Source: Lepidodermella squamata | Taxonomy: Eukaryota; Animalia; Gastrotricha | Assembly: GCA_047495785.1 (NCBI GenBank) | Contig: JBLDXI010000046.1 | Location: 248,001 to 312,000, forward strand | DNA: 64,000 bases | Direction: 5' to 3' | Made by a program: the position numbers and the translations under genes | Part shown: one piece after another, positions 13,961 to 28,100 of the stretch | How the letters are laid out: each line of letters starts with the position of its first letter | Position numbering within the stretch: the stretch's first letter is position 1 | Notes under the pieces: generated by a model | Database searches by the model: none | What the model saw: only the letters and a program-made list of their open reading frames with translations | What the model was told of the DNA's origin: nothing

Positions 13961-15581
13961 GGATGAACGGCGATTTGCGAATAAGTTGGCCTAACTTTGT
14001 CACCTATCATAACTACGCTTCTCATCAGCTTATTTACCGCATGATACCTACCGTTATTTGGGGCAAAATGAACCTTTGGGGCTAATTGGCCAAAAATTGA
14101 GGTTTTCACATTTTCATCGATGGCTCAACAACTGCCGGGCCAAACTTTACAAAATGCACGGGGACGATTATCAACAAGCCTCCTACAAGCTTGCAAATTG
14201 TTAGCCAGGTATGTCCCAAAATGAGGTCACAGCATGTTGTTGCACAGAGGTGAGTTTAGTGAGGTCAAAATGACCCCTTTAAATTGAATTACATGGAGCC
14301 AATCACGAGGTTTCATGTTAAGTTGACATTTTTCCGTCGGCCATTTTCGTCGTAGATGACAGCAAACAGAACTGCAACCCCTAGCGATGCACAGGTATGC
14401 CTAGGTGATTGAGGCCAAATTACCCCATGGAAAACTCAATGATGGGGGCTAATTGGCCACCCTTATCCTCATAATGGGTTTATAATATTGTGAGGGTACT
14501 GATTGTGAGGGTTGAATGGTCGAGTGGTTGTAATGCATCATCAGAACTTGTGTGATCTGATGAGCGACGGTTCGATTCCTTATTAAGTAGCATTTTTTTG
14601 CTCCGCATTTAATTTGTTAATATTTTTGTTAATTTTCCGTTTTAATTATTTTTAATTGGTTTCTCCGTTGTTTCTGATAGTTTTACTGCTGAGCAACTTT
14701 TGAACGTCTCCCGAACAAAAAAAACGTGTGTAAAAATGAGAAAAAAACAGGGGGTCATTTATTTCCCGAGACCATTTTGCCCCAATTTACGCAACCACGC
14801 TAATTCTCCAGTTGAAGAAATGTCGCTTGTAAAACTATCCCACGCCCCAAGTCCTAAGTCCTAATCACACATTATTAATGGAAAAAATCAATTGCTCGAA
14901 TCAATGAATGCGAATCCTATATTTTTCACACCTGCGATGCCGTGAAAAAGGGCGATGCAATCGTCCATGGCTCGCGCTATATGATTTAAGTGTTAATGCA
15001 GACAAAGTTGGCAATTTCGGCCGACAGTGAAAATGACGACGACTACGTTATGACGTAGGAAGCAGTATCACACATTGTACTTTGTGAGAATATTAAACTG
15101 GTTTCTATAATAGATCGGATAAATGGAATCCGATCTTAAATTCAGCAAATAATTTGGCTTTTTATTGAATCAAATTGTGTGATCCTAGAGTCGCATTATA
15201 TTGGAGTATATTGGAGTATTTTGTACAAAAATTCTCAAATGCTGACCTGTTGCATTAAAATTAATCAATCACGAAATAGCAGTTCGCAGTCAGTTTCGAA
15301 CTCTTTTTGTTGGTGAAAAGATGGGAGAATAACTCAAACGTGCTATAAGCTGTGAAAACGAATAACTAGGTGAATTGCGAAACTTGTAACTAGTAAAAGC
15401 ATTCAAGTTATCATACTCAATCAATTGAAATCCAAATCTAAACGTTTTCAATTTTAATTCCGATCAAAATTAAAGATGCGCCATCGTATGTCGCCGCCCT
15501 TGTATAACCACCGATACCATACATATTCCTAAAAAATTGACACGAATGAGTAACATTCAATTAATCCCAAAATGCTTAAGT

Positions 15582-17183
15582 TTACTCTGATGTACAGGTG
15601 AAGCATAGTTGATTTGTTTGAACACCGCTCGTCATCCAACTTCCGCCGCCGTAGGTAACCGACCCAGCTGGTCGATCAGCAGTAATGAATCTCGTATTGA
15701 ATGCATTGTTTCCGCTAGTTACGCCTGGCTCTAGGAAAGGCGTAGCGGCATATAAAGAGTCCGGCGTATATATCCTGTAGCCATTCTCCTCTGAGTCAAT
15801 TAACGACCATTGAAAGGAAAAGCCTCCCATTCGTCCCTGCGAGAATTCCATCTGAAGCATCGTATTCAAATAGCAAGCCCTGGGTAAAAACGCCTGGCCG
15901 AAGGTTGGGTTCAGAGTGATCTCGGCCGTCAGATTGCTCCCGCCAGTTCGCGCCCATCTTCTCGTGCCCAATGAAAATGGGGGCTGATAGGCTTCTTGGA
16001 CGCGTTGTTCCGCAGTTAGGTATATGTATTTCCTGGATCCGATGTAGTTGCAGCCACATGTGACGACGAAGTTCGATCCAGGATCCTGGCAAAGGCACGT
16101 TGATCGTCTTGCCAGTTTGAGCTTTCAGAATGAAGTTAATTTCATCGATGGGAAGAATAAAGCATGACTTTTCATACTAATCATCAGCAATTCATATCTA
16201 AGGATTCTCTTTTGGCAAACCCAAACAGTTGAATTTGACGGGGAACGGAAACCTGGATTCAACAAGCAATATTACTTCCATGATACTTCACAATTTTCTA
16301 AAAATTCACCCCATTTGTACTCATAGTAACTTTTGTTCGCATAGTTTATATCAGCTAGTCCTGATCGTAAAATAGTTTGAAAAATTGAAAAAAAATCTAA
16401 CTGTTCCTTACTGGATCGCCGATGAAATACCATCACCACTAGATTTAATTGCGAGTTTATTAGGAATTATATCTTGACTGAGGTAACTAACATGTTGGAT
16501 AGGGTTTCACAGGTCTGCCTCCACAGGTCGCGTTGCATACAGATGCTGGCACATTGATGCATTCAGCCTGGAACTGTCTGCCGCCGATATCGTCTTGGAA
16601 CGTGTACATTCCCGGCCCGAGACCGAGAGCATCCACCAGAGTGCAATCTATCAATTTAGCAATAAATCACTCATACGGCGGGTGGCAAAGAGCAAATAAG
16701 CTACCTTGGTAGACGCCTTTCTTGCATATAGGCACTTCGCCGTATGTTTCCTTCGTAAATCAAGAATTTTTGACAAAAATCAGAACTGATCAAGAAACGA
16801 AATAGGTTCATACCAAATGGTAGTAGTACCAGCCACGAGCAGCTTCCAAGCCCTCCCACAATTCGTTTGTATGGCCAACGTTGAGCCAGCACTCTTTTGA
16901 AGTTGGGTTATACGAAACCGATCGACATTTGAACGCACCAGCTGCGATGCAAGCTTCGAAGCAACCACTGATTGCGACATTGTTCAGTGTCTGGAATCGA
17001 TCAGAGGCAATTAAGCGAAAATTACGGCCGCAATTCGCTGGAGAATAGAATCGGGGTTGCCCTGAAAGTAATATTTTCAGAATAATTGGCTGAAGAATAA
17101 ACTTTTTCTGTTATTTTACCTTGAGAAGCTACAAAATTCATAAAATTTATCAAAATCAGAAATTCGAACATTTTCGCAGCCAT
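15582..17183 (-). CDS. Secreted PAN/Apple-domain + divergent fibrinogen-related (FReD) domain protein, multi-exon
   Basis: Signal exon MAAKMFEFLILINFMNFVASQ. PAN domain CFEACIAAGAFKCRSVSYNPTSKECWLN. FReD landmarks in order: PRDC..GMYTF..FQAEC, WMVFHRR, YEYKWGF, VWV, DSEENGYRI, FITADR, GGGSW. Confidence 0.65.
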
Positions 17184-17491
17184 GTGGATTCGCGAAAATA
17201 ATATTTAATGATTTAACGCCCAATTTATTAAAACGCAGTCGGAATTGATTAAGATCTGCTGACTGCGCTGTCAGTTTATTTGTTTTGATTAGCAGTTTTA
17301 GTGATAAACGATAAATTTTCCTTTTCTTACCATGGAAAAAAGACACGCACAACATTTTTTATAACATAACCATGTATTGAGTGAAAGATTGATTGATAGC
17401 TGGTTGTTGCACCAACTGCTATCCGTAGGGCTTCTCAAACTTAGTTATGTTCTTTCACGGAAAAATTTCAGACAATGAGAAGCCCTGTTGT

Positions 17492-17640
17492 CAGTGGGTC
17501 CAAAGTAGGATCCTCGGTATTTTCGGGCCGGAATTTCATGTCAAAAGGGCCCCCTCTGTGGTTTCTTTGTGGTTATACCGCTTTGGCCTAGCGAACTGGG
17601 GGGTACGATACCCCCCATTCCCCCCGTACTTCGCGCACTG
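17492..17640. mobile_element. hAT-type MITE
   Basis: cagtg...cactg ends with an exact 8-bp TSD cctgttgt; related sequence at ~19960-20150, ~45560-45640 and ~46490-46522. Confidence 0.7.
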
Positions 17641-17900
17641 CCTGTTGTAATAGCGTACACTGTTGAAGCTAAATTGAAGCCGCAGATCATTTGGAAATTG
17701 ATAATCTCTAACAAACTGGTTGTAAGCGATTGAGTCGATTGGTTTCGTGCTCTTAAATACATACAGATACACTACGCGTCTCTTCTTGGAAGTTCCACCT
17801 CCGCAGTGAATTATTTTATTACTACTCTCACTTTATCACTAATTCGGGTTCATTTAATAAAATGTCATCATCAATGAAGTAGCTCGTGGCATCTTTCGAT

Positions 17901-20869
17901 CTAACCGCTGTTCATGATCGATTGATAGGCGTTATGCAGGAGTATGACAACATACAACAATCCTGTTGCGATCGACACGGAAGCCACGAGTGTCGACAAA
18001 GCTTGGCCGTTTTTATTCAGCAAGACCGCAATCAGGATGGTTGCCGCGAATATTGTCACCTCGACGTAGACGAAATGGCCCCAGATCTTGTAACTACTGA
18101 GCCCATGACCTCTCTTTGCCGTGCTGACTCTCCTCGCCCTCCCAATTTGCCATGACCTCTCTTCATTCAAAAACATTTTAAGCGATGACTTATAGGTGGC
18201 CACCAAACATAGAACCTTCAGCTTTGCGACTATGAAAACTGAAACACCTGTCCCTAGCAACGCCATGGAAGCTCCGGATCTACCTATCGAGTTGAAAACA
18301 TCACATTCAAGCCGAATGAACTGAAACAGCAAGCTCTCGTCGGTATCAGAAACATCGCTTCCTGCATTGACAGATCGTAACATAATCGGGGCGATAGTGA
18401 TTGAAGCGATTAGAGTTGTAACAGAGATAACAGGTAGTAGGATCCACGTAATGTCAAGCTTTTCCATGATTCTTGCATGACGCGTCTTCGTATCACAGAG
18501 CGTTGTTTTCATTAAGGTTTCAAGTTTCAATTTCAACTGAAATCGATGCTCCTCGATGGTTGTATTGATGCTTTGGAATAGCAGCAAACAACCGGCTGTT
18601 ATAGCGTTCCAGCCACAGCAAACCAGGACTGTCATACTCGAGCATATTGCAGCAGAATTTGAGGAATTAACCAAGAAAATGTGGGTGACCATGAAAGAGC
18701 ACCCAGCTATCGTCAAGGCATATGCCTTCCATAGTTTCCTTCGAAGAGCAATTGTCACAGCTAGCACGATCAGTAGCGCTGCGTCAAGACCTGAAAAACC
18801 AACATTAATCGCGCATCACTTTGTGATTAGGTAACAAACCATAAACAATTATCATTGCAGATATTGGTAACATTGAGATATAGGACTCTTGTATCCTAAC
18901 CTCATCCTTCGGGGCAGTCTTTAGCCGAGTCCTCCAAACGAGCTTCTCGTAATAAATGACAAGGGGATCGAGAGGCGATCGATTCGACTTGTAATAGCCC
19001 ACCATCTTCATCTGGCTCGATTTCGAGGTTTCATTGATGAAAAGCTGAGAGAAAACTATCGGCATGCTCCCGGACGACCAGGAATTACGACGGCTAAAAG
19101 AATACTCGCCCTTCAAGCCAGTCATATTCAAAGCATAGATTTGATCACGAATTATATTTAGGATTTTTCCAGGATTTTCTCGGAATTTTTCCGTATTAGT
19201 AAACCAGTCGGATAGTGTCATGCTGTAATCTGAAATTAATTCATGAATGGCATATTTCGAGAGCAAAAACTTACTTCGATTGAGTTCCATCTCAATTTGG
19301 TTTAAAATCAATCCTATAGCGATGTACTTATCGTAAATTGCGGGGATCCAATAAGCAAACCCGTTTAAGTGTTCCGTGTTTTCGACCCTATTTGCCAATT
19401 TTTCATAAAGACCGGCCAGGGTCAGTCCAGTCACATCCTGATGCTTTGCCCCATAGATTTCCGAGAGCGGTGCATCCCCGACGTAGAATACTCCCCTGAG
19501 AACGTCTAGCACCATGTCTTTCGTACACCAGTCAATACGAATCGGGGAGTTTTCGTCGAAATAATTCCACGTGAATATGAAGAGAACGTAACTAGGGCCG
19601 TACAGACCGAACTTGTGTAGATAGCACGCGACTGTAAGGCTATCGATAGCTAGTGATAGAATGATTAGAGGCTCTCGTTTCCTCAGCTCAGAAAAGGCCG
19701 ACTCCAACTCATAGGAATCAGTTGTTAAATATCTTAGTTTTGTCATGAAAGCCAGAGTGATATTTTGCTGATCTAGGTTGTTAATTAGCGACGGTTCGAG
19801 CTACAAGGTAGAAGAATATAGAGTTTCGCTAATTATCAAGTTTTTCATGGATATATATTTCTCAGAACTTTCAGAAAAATCCTGAAAACGATTGAAGTCT
19901 ATCCCGCATCCTATCACATTTTCAATCTTATCAGGGTTTATCAGGAATATTAAAAAAACCAGTGGGTGAGGCACAGAGGGTACAGGGGGTCCGTACCCCC
20001 AGCTCGAGAGGTCAAGGCAAGAAACCCCGAAAAACCACAGGGGGACCCTTTGGTCCTATTAACTCGGAACTCGGGGTCAAAAATACCCAAAAATACCCAG
20101 CTCTATTATCCCACTTCGTACAGTGCAGAATGCCCACAGTACCACTTTTTTCCCAATACATGGGCTGAAACTAGAATTCATGAGGGTCTCTTATCTATAT
20201 CTCAACAATAGAAACTTACAATGTTGTTGTAACTGTAGCTGTCGCTGATAACTGAAATTCGCTTCCAGCCCATTTTAGCAACGAATTCGGCTAACGCGAT
20301 GAAGTAGTAATCTGCCCGCTCCCCGATTGCAAACGAATTCCTGTCTGCTTTTCGATTTTTGAAAAATCCAACATCACTCGAAAAAGCGGATAATCCAACA
20401 TAATTATACTGATGAATGATGAAAGATGCCAGTTTTTGACCGATTGGCGAACAATCCGTTGAGGCTATCAGAGGAAACCTCGGTTTTGTCTGATATAACT
20501 TCTCTATCAATCCTTTCGTAACCTTGACTTCATCGCACTGAAATATCAAAATGGACAAATTCAAAGCTTGAAACCTTAGGATGAATAACTTACGTCATCT
20601 CGAATCATCGCAAATACGAGGTCGTATTCTGTCAACCAGTTTGGAAGGCCTCTGAGTTGCTCCAGAGCAATCTGAGCTGTCATTGTAGCTGCTGGTCCTA
20701 AATTGAACAAGCCATCGTACAAGGTGAGAGCTAAGACGTTGATAGTCCGTCTTGTCGAATTCGATGATGAGTTCAGCATCACATATTCTTGTAAAGGCGC
20801 TTCTGGTTTTATTTTGCTTTCAACCGGTAGTGTAATGACGCATAACCCTAGCATGAAGTGAGATAGCAT
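17901..20869 (-). CDS. GABA-B-like class C GPCR, paralog 2
   Basis: Same exon layout and VFT/7TM motifs as paralog 1 (GWKRISV, CYLHKFGLYGPSY, GLKGEYSF, FIRLECD). The last splice junction is in frame. Confidence 0.8.
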
Positions 20870-21271
20870 TTTATTTAGGCGTGAATAATCTCGCCTGGGC
20901 TAATACTGACTAGATCAAAGGGATACGTGTCATTTCTCCACGTTGAGAATGCGAAATCAATAGCTTTGATTCTCGAATTAACGCCATTCTGAGCTATTTT
21001 AATTGGCTGGTGACCGAAATAGGAAGAGAGGCAGGCTCAGAGATATTCTCAGATTGCGGAGCTTCGCAGTTTCTTACTTGTTACTTTGTGAAAGCCTCAT
21101 TATGCTTTCTTCACCTGATGAAAGCTAGAATCTCAAGTATTCAAATCGTTTCTTGGCATAGTGCATTTACTGGGGGGGTTCAATATTCAAAAATTGGTTT
21201 TTTACTAGTAATGACTCATCGTAAACTTCGAGTCTCAAGATTTATGAAATTGTCTGATGGTTTCTAATTGT

Positions 21272-24055
21272 TCAATGCTTGGAATGAAAGATTCTCGACT
21301 CGCCGATAGAGCCTGCTCGATCTAATGACAGATTAGTCTCCATCTGACCTTGACCTTCAATCAAAACAGATTTCTTTGGCGCCAGTTTCTGATAACCCAG
21401 CAAAGCTATGCTGCTCGAGCTAATTAATATCGCCAGTACAGCTACAAGCACTGTTAAAGCCTGTCCATTCTCAGCTACCAGATACCCGATGAGAATAGAC
21501 GCTAGCAATAAGGTGACGCAGACATGGACGTAGTAGGCCCAGGTTCTCGTTTCTATGAGACTTCCATTAATCCGCCGGGATAAACCTGCCCTGATCTGAG
21601 CCATGAGTTGTTTCAGGGAACTTGAACACTTCAGCGAAAGAAAGATCAATCTTAGAAAGGAAAGGGTTAACAGAATCACCCCTATCGCCAATAAGGCTGT
21701 CGCAACTTTAGATTCCGAAACAGCAGGACCACATTCCGATCTCACGAATTCCAAAAGCAGACTCTCATCAGTCTCGGAAAACTTCCGTTCTATCAGCTTC
21801 GGTTTCGCTTTCAACGGTGAAGAGGCCAGTAGTGAGACGAATATTAAAGCTGAAAACCCCGGAAGGAAAGCAGACAAAGCTTGAAATCGTTTAGATGACC
21901 TTCCTCTGTTACTGGATTTTGACATAACAACCACGCTATTGCCTGAAGTCTTCGAAGTTGATCGAGACCTGAACGAAGTTTTGATCCGTGAGTAAGGATT
22001 TACCACCCTGTTCCTTTGTTCGTAAACCAAACAAGAGGCAGCCATTTCAAATTTGACCAATAGACCGATCAGAGTGAAACAGAATCCTAACCAAACAAGT
22101 TCAGCCATAAAAGAGCAGTAGATTCCAAGATTATTTGTGAAGCCTGATGGAATGAGGAAAACGTGGCTCAGAATGACGATGCTGCCAAGCAAGATGAGGA
22201 CATCCTCGAAAATGAACCTTTGACAGTTGACAGAAGTCTCAGGTTTCTTCGATCGAATCATAATGAGAACAATGATCAGGCCTACCAAAGGGACACTGGC
22301 CAAGCCTAGGTACATCGAAAACACAATGAAAAACGATTAATCAGATACACAAAACAAACTTAGCAAGAAAACAAAGATTGGCATAGGAAGAATCGGTAAG
22401 TTGACTTGAAGCATGTTTACCGCATCTTTTGGCGGCAGTTTGTCATTGGTTCTCCAGACTAATTTACCCGGCACGACAACAAGAGTTTCCATTGGCACGA
22501 GATTGGACTTGTAATACGCAACCATGTTCCTAGTACTGATCCTGGTGCTCGAATTCACGTTCTCAATGACATTTTGCTGGAACGTGATTGGCATACTTCC
22601 CGAGGACCAAGCTGATTTTTTGTCAAAGGAGTACTCCCCTTTTAGTCCAGTCATCTTGAAGTCATAGATTTTGTCTCGGAGTAAATTCACAATTTTCGAC
22701 GGATTTGTTTGGAAATTGTTCCCATTCGTGAACCAATCAGACAAGGTTTCATTTTCTTTAACAAAATTGGTAAAATTTAGGACTGTTAGTTAGGCTGGGA
22801 TGGTATACCTTTGTTGAGATCAGATTCCGTACTGTTCAAGATCATACCAATAGCTATGTATTTGTCGTAAAATGCCGGAATCCAATAATCCCAGCCAAGC
22901 ACTTGATCCGGGTTCTCAACATCATCACGAATTCTGTAAAATAGCTCCCCTAAGTTACTACCTGCCACATCAGCGTGGCCTGGCCCGAATATTTCGGAAA
23001 GCGGAGAATCACCAGAAAAGAACGTCCCTCCTAAAATATCTAGCAGCATGTCTGCTGAGCACCAATCAGCTAGATTGGGAGGCAATTGAGCGTTTTCGTC
23101 AAAGTAATTCCAAGCGAATACAAAAAGCGCGTAACTTGGGCCGTACATTCCATACTTGTGAAGATAGCATGCGGTTGTCAAACTATCTTGGTTTAGTGAT
23201 ATTATGATTCTAGGTTGCCGTAGCATCAATTCCGTGAACATTGAGTCCAGCTCATATTGATCATCGGTGTAGGCTCGCAGCTTGCCAAGATACGCAAGTG
23301 TCACATTGTTTTCGTCAAGATTTCCCAATAAACTCGGCTCAATCTGAGATTAAATAAACAAAAATTCGGAGGTTATAGAGCAAAAAGCTTAGAACTACCA
23401 TATTGCTCCATATATAGGTATCGCTTATAACAGACACTCGCTTCCAACCCATTTTTACGATAAATTTTACAATGGCAATGACGTAGTAGTCCGTTCTCTC
23501 GCCTAACGAAAAGTAATTCCTACCCATCCTCCGGTTTTTGAAGAATTTTACGTCGTTCGAAAACGCTGATAGTGATACAATGTTGTGGGGAGATGTCAAC
23601 AAAGCTGAGAGAGATTGCGATGTCCCCGAGCATTCTGTAGATGCCAACATTGGAAATCGACCTTCGACTTCGTTTTGCTCGTCAAGCTTCGATATCAGTC
23701 CCTGCGTTACTTTAACCTCGTCACACTGTTATAGGAAAAGGCTTGGAGTTCCTAAGGCGTATGTTGAAAAACAACTTACATCATCTTGAATCATTTCGAA
23801 AACGAGGTCATAGTTCGGCAGCCAATTATCTAAGCTTCTCAGGCGTTCGAGGGCGAATCGGGCGACTACAGTTGCCATTGGACCCAATGGGAATATTCCT
23901 TCGTAATACGTTGATGCTAGTACCTTTATGATACTCCTTTGACTGGTTGTGTTGCTGGTATTCAGTGAAACAGATTGAGGCATCGGCTCGTTGGGTCCAA
24001 ACTTGCAGGCTGCTAGCCCGATGAGCGAGAAAGCTGCCCAAAATTTAAGGAGCAT
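21272..24055 (-). CDS. GABA-B-like class C GPCR, paralog 3
   Basis: Signal MLLKFWAAFSLIGLAAC, VFT motifs, seven TM segments, ECL2 FVRSEC. Confidence 0.8.
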
Positions 24056-25194
24056 CGACGAATTCCGACTAAACTTGAAGAAATGTTGTCCTTTATGAAA
24101 AAGCTAATTTCTTTGAGAGTAAAAATACTTAAACTGAAAATTTTAACCACGCCATTCCCGCCGTAGGTTATTTGGCGGGAAAGCGCATATGTGACGCTGC
24201 TGCAATCATCATAATCAAGCCGTCACGCATCACGCAACGATCAGACTGACCGAGTGCGGAACGATCCCGGTCATCCCGCACGTTCCTCGCAGGTTCGGGA
24301 CGTAGACTTATATTAAAAATAACGCAAGTCATTTAGAAAATTAATTCAATTTGTTTCTGTTTCCATATCATAAGGACAGAAAATTAATTATTGTTACTCG
24401 TTGCCTAAGCCCTGAAGAAGTTATCCCTTATCCCTTATCGAAAAAAGATGGGAAGGACACTTAGTCGGCGTGCACAGGATTAGAAGGGATTAGAAGGGAT
24501 TAGAAGGGCACGCAGGCAGATAAAATTACTTTTACAATACTATTTGTGGTTCACACGGCAAATTTTATTTTTAAATTTGTCATTTTTACACCAACACGTA
24601 GACTATCAACAATTAAAACTAAACGCGAAAGCAGACAGTCTGTTTCAAAAGTTAACGATACGATTAAGAGAGTAGTTTTTATAAATAGGTTTAGTCATAT
24701 TTCATTTTTGATATTATAAATTAGAGATGTTTTCACTGAACCATTCATAATTTTTAACAAAAAACTTAAGACATACATAGACCAAACGACGTTCTCGAAG
24801 ATAATTAAGTTCAAGCGTTTTGAGTCTTCGGCCATAAAAGGGCCGGATAAAATCAATAATTTTCAATAAGTTTTTTGAACCATTTAAAATTTAAAACAAA
24901 AAACATAATTGGAACATAAAAGCATCGGTTAGAATTAAAATGAGAAAAGCTGAGAGCTCGTATTGTAAAGTAGGCTCGAACGTTTTCAATCAAATCAATT
25001 AAATTTTTGATCACACACTTGTGCAATGTTCTAATAGAGGTCGCGCGTAAGGACAATAAGCCCATTTTAAAATTTCAGCAGATTGATCTTTTAAGGCTCG
25101 AAGAATTAGATTTGCTCTCTGGTATGCTCTAGAAATGCAGGAAATTATATGGGCCTTGAAATTCATTATAATAATAAATATTAAACTTAGTCTG

Positions 25195-28100
25195 TCATTT
25201 TTTTAATAATTCGAATAGACACAGACCACAGATGGCTGCGGTGATCGCAATCGAAATTGCCGAAACAAGAGATGTCATGGCCTGGCCATCGTGATAAATC
25301 ATCAGCGCTATCAGTAGGGTCGCAATAAATATCGTTAATTCCCCGTAGACGAACGCGCACCAGGCTTTAGAGACAGAATTCGTAACTGGCAGCTGGGGAA
25401 GGGGGATTGACGGTCTGGAGATGATAGCTGGATGAACGGCTGTATGATGAAATGGTCGATAAGAAACAATTGCCAATTTCAAACAAGAGAATGTAAAGGT
25501 GAGAAGAGCTAGTGCCATGAAAGCTAATGAAGCTTTCGATTCAATGACAACGCTTGTGAGGTCACATTCATCGCGGAAAAACATATTCAAAACACCCTCG
25601 TCTTCCACTTTGCTAGCTAAGACCAGCTTCCCCGTAATAGGATGAACGGCTAGAGCTATGGCAAAGAGAATCGCCGAGGAAGCAGGAATCAAGTAATTGA
25701 CACTCAGCTGCAGCCGACTTTGCGGATTGCTCTGCTTTGTACGTAAGCGTTCCTTAGTTCCTATTTGAGGCTTAGATTCCCTACGACTCATTCGAGGCTT
25801 GTATTCCTCACGATCATCAGCCCTTGTGAACTTGGCCATTAATCCCAGCTGAATCAGGCACAAACCCAACCAAACCAACGCAGATGTAGTCGAGCATCTC
25901 ACAGACGAATCTTCGATCGATATCAGAAAATTGTTCGATGTCAGCAGAAAACCACCGAGATTCAGCATAAAGTCATCCGACCGTTTCACAATCACCTTTC
26001 CAGTTTTTACCATGAAGAAAGAAGACGGAATCAAGAGTAAGAATGCCGTTACTTCAAAAATCAAACTTAGTTCTAATGAGCTCTAACAAAATTGACTTAC
26101 CACCGAGGAACACTGTCGCCTCGATAGGTAGAATTCGCACTATATTCACTTGGCTCTGAATCGTATCTTTCGGAAGCTTTCCGCCTTTTGTGCGCCACAA
26201 GATCTTATTGCTGAAAACAACCATCGGATCCTTTGGCCTGAGGTTGGATTTATAATAGCCGATCACTTCACGGCTTGACGTATTGTTGCCTATAATAACT
26301 TGTTTGAAGATAATTGGCATGCTGCCCGAGGACCACAACTTGTTTCGATCGAATGAATACTCGCCCCTGAGACCAGTCATCGAGAATGCATATATCTCAT
26401 TTTCTAGAATTGACAAGATTTCCGCCGGCTTTGTGCGGTAATTCTCAGAGTTTGTGAACCAGTCAGAAAGCGTCATGTTTCCTAAACAAAATTCGTATTA
26501 AAAAATCAGTAAACAAAGTTTTGCTCACGATTTTTCAGGCGAGTTTCGGTGGAGTTGAGAAGTAGGCCGATTGCAATATATTTATCATAAAGCGCCGGAA
26601 TAACGTAATCGTATCCTTCAACGCGACCTGGCATTTCGACTTCATTCCGGATCGCTATGTCTAAATCATTCAAAGTCGCTCCAGTAACATCTCGATGATT
26701 AGGTCCGTAAATTTCAGCCAGAGTCGCATCTCCTGCGTAAAATGCACCAGCCAACACTTCTAAAAGCATAGCCCGATTGCACCATTTGCTCAAATGAGGT
26801 GGTAATGCGTTGCTTTCATCGATCGAGTTCCACGCAAGCATAAAGATAACATAACCAGGTCCGTATAAGCCATATTTATGCAAGTAACAGGCGATTGTTG
26901 TACCGTCAGAGTTCATTGATAGGATTATTCGCGGGTCTCGTAGTTTTAGCTCAGAGAACGCGGAGTCGAGTTCATACTCATCTCGAGTGAACAACATCAG
27001 CTTAACCGCATACGCCAGGCTTACATTCAGTTTATCCAGGTTTTGTAGTAAAGATGGTTCGAGCTGAAATGGTGATATTAAAACGATTATAGCGAGGAGA
27101 AATTTAAGAACTTTTCTGAGAATGTTGAAATTCAGTATATTCCGAATTCGTGATTAAAGAATAAATGATAGGAGGACTTGCGTATCTAAGCCAAAGCCAA
27201 ACTCCAACCCAAACCCTAACCCTAACTCTAACTCTAACCCAGCGGTTCCCAAACTGTTTGTCTCGCGTACGACACCGCGGTGTCCTAAGAGAATGGCTCG
27301 TAGGACACCTTGGTAAAATCACTTGGTTTGGTTAGGAATTGGTACAATTTTTTTATGTAAGAATTGATCATTTGTTCAAATTGGTTTTTGATGGCTGATG
27401 AAATCGAAACTGATGGCTCGAAACTGATGAAATCACAGGTGAAATTCAAACAAAACTAGAACGAAGCGAGGAAATTTTCGAATTCGACACTAAAAAACGA
27501 CTTCTAACATCTTAAAAATGAGGCAATGCCTTGGGATTTTCCCAGAAATTCATGCTTTCGCCCTTGATGATGAAATTTCAATTAATTGTGTCGACAAGTA
27601 CAATCTGCAACGTACGCAAGTGAGGTACACCCACTAGAAAACATAATAGGCCAAAGAGTAGGCTTATGGTTAAGGGTAGGGCTTAGGGCTTAGGTTAGGG
27701 CTAGGATTAGGTTCTGGTTCAGTTCACCTGAACCTACCCCTAATCCTAACTAAGGTTGAGGTTGAACCTGAACAAAATCCTAAACCTAAGCTTAACTACA
27801 ATTGAGGCTAGTGTTAGAGGTTTGAGGTTAGAGGTTTGAGGTGGAGGTAATGATTAGTTTTGGAGTTAGGATTATCGGTTAAGGATAGATTGGGTTTACG
27901 AGTTAATGGGGGTTAGGGTTGCATAATTACCAGATCATTGTATCTCAGGTTGTCGGTGATTAGAGATACCCTTGTCCACCCAAGTTTGCTAACCATACTC
28001 GCCAAGGCTACTGTGTAATAGTCTGTACTCTCGCCCATAAAGTAGTACGGTTGGTTCTCCTTCCGTTGCTTGTAAAATTTGCTATCGCTGCAAAATGCCG

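Noticed and set aside
14510-14590. tRNA gene (A-box and B-box-like motifs)
   Set aside because: No consistent cloverleaf; at most a SINE or tRNA relic.
24410-24450. Hammerhead-like core (ctgaaga...gaaa)
   Set aside because: No convincing stems I-III could be paired by eye.
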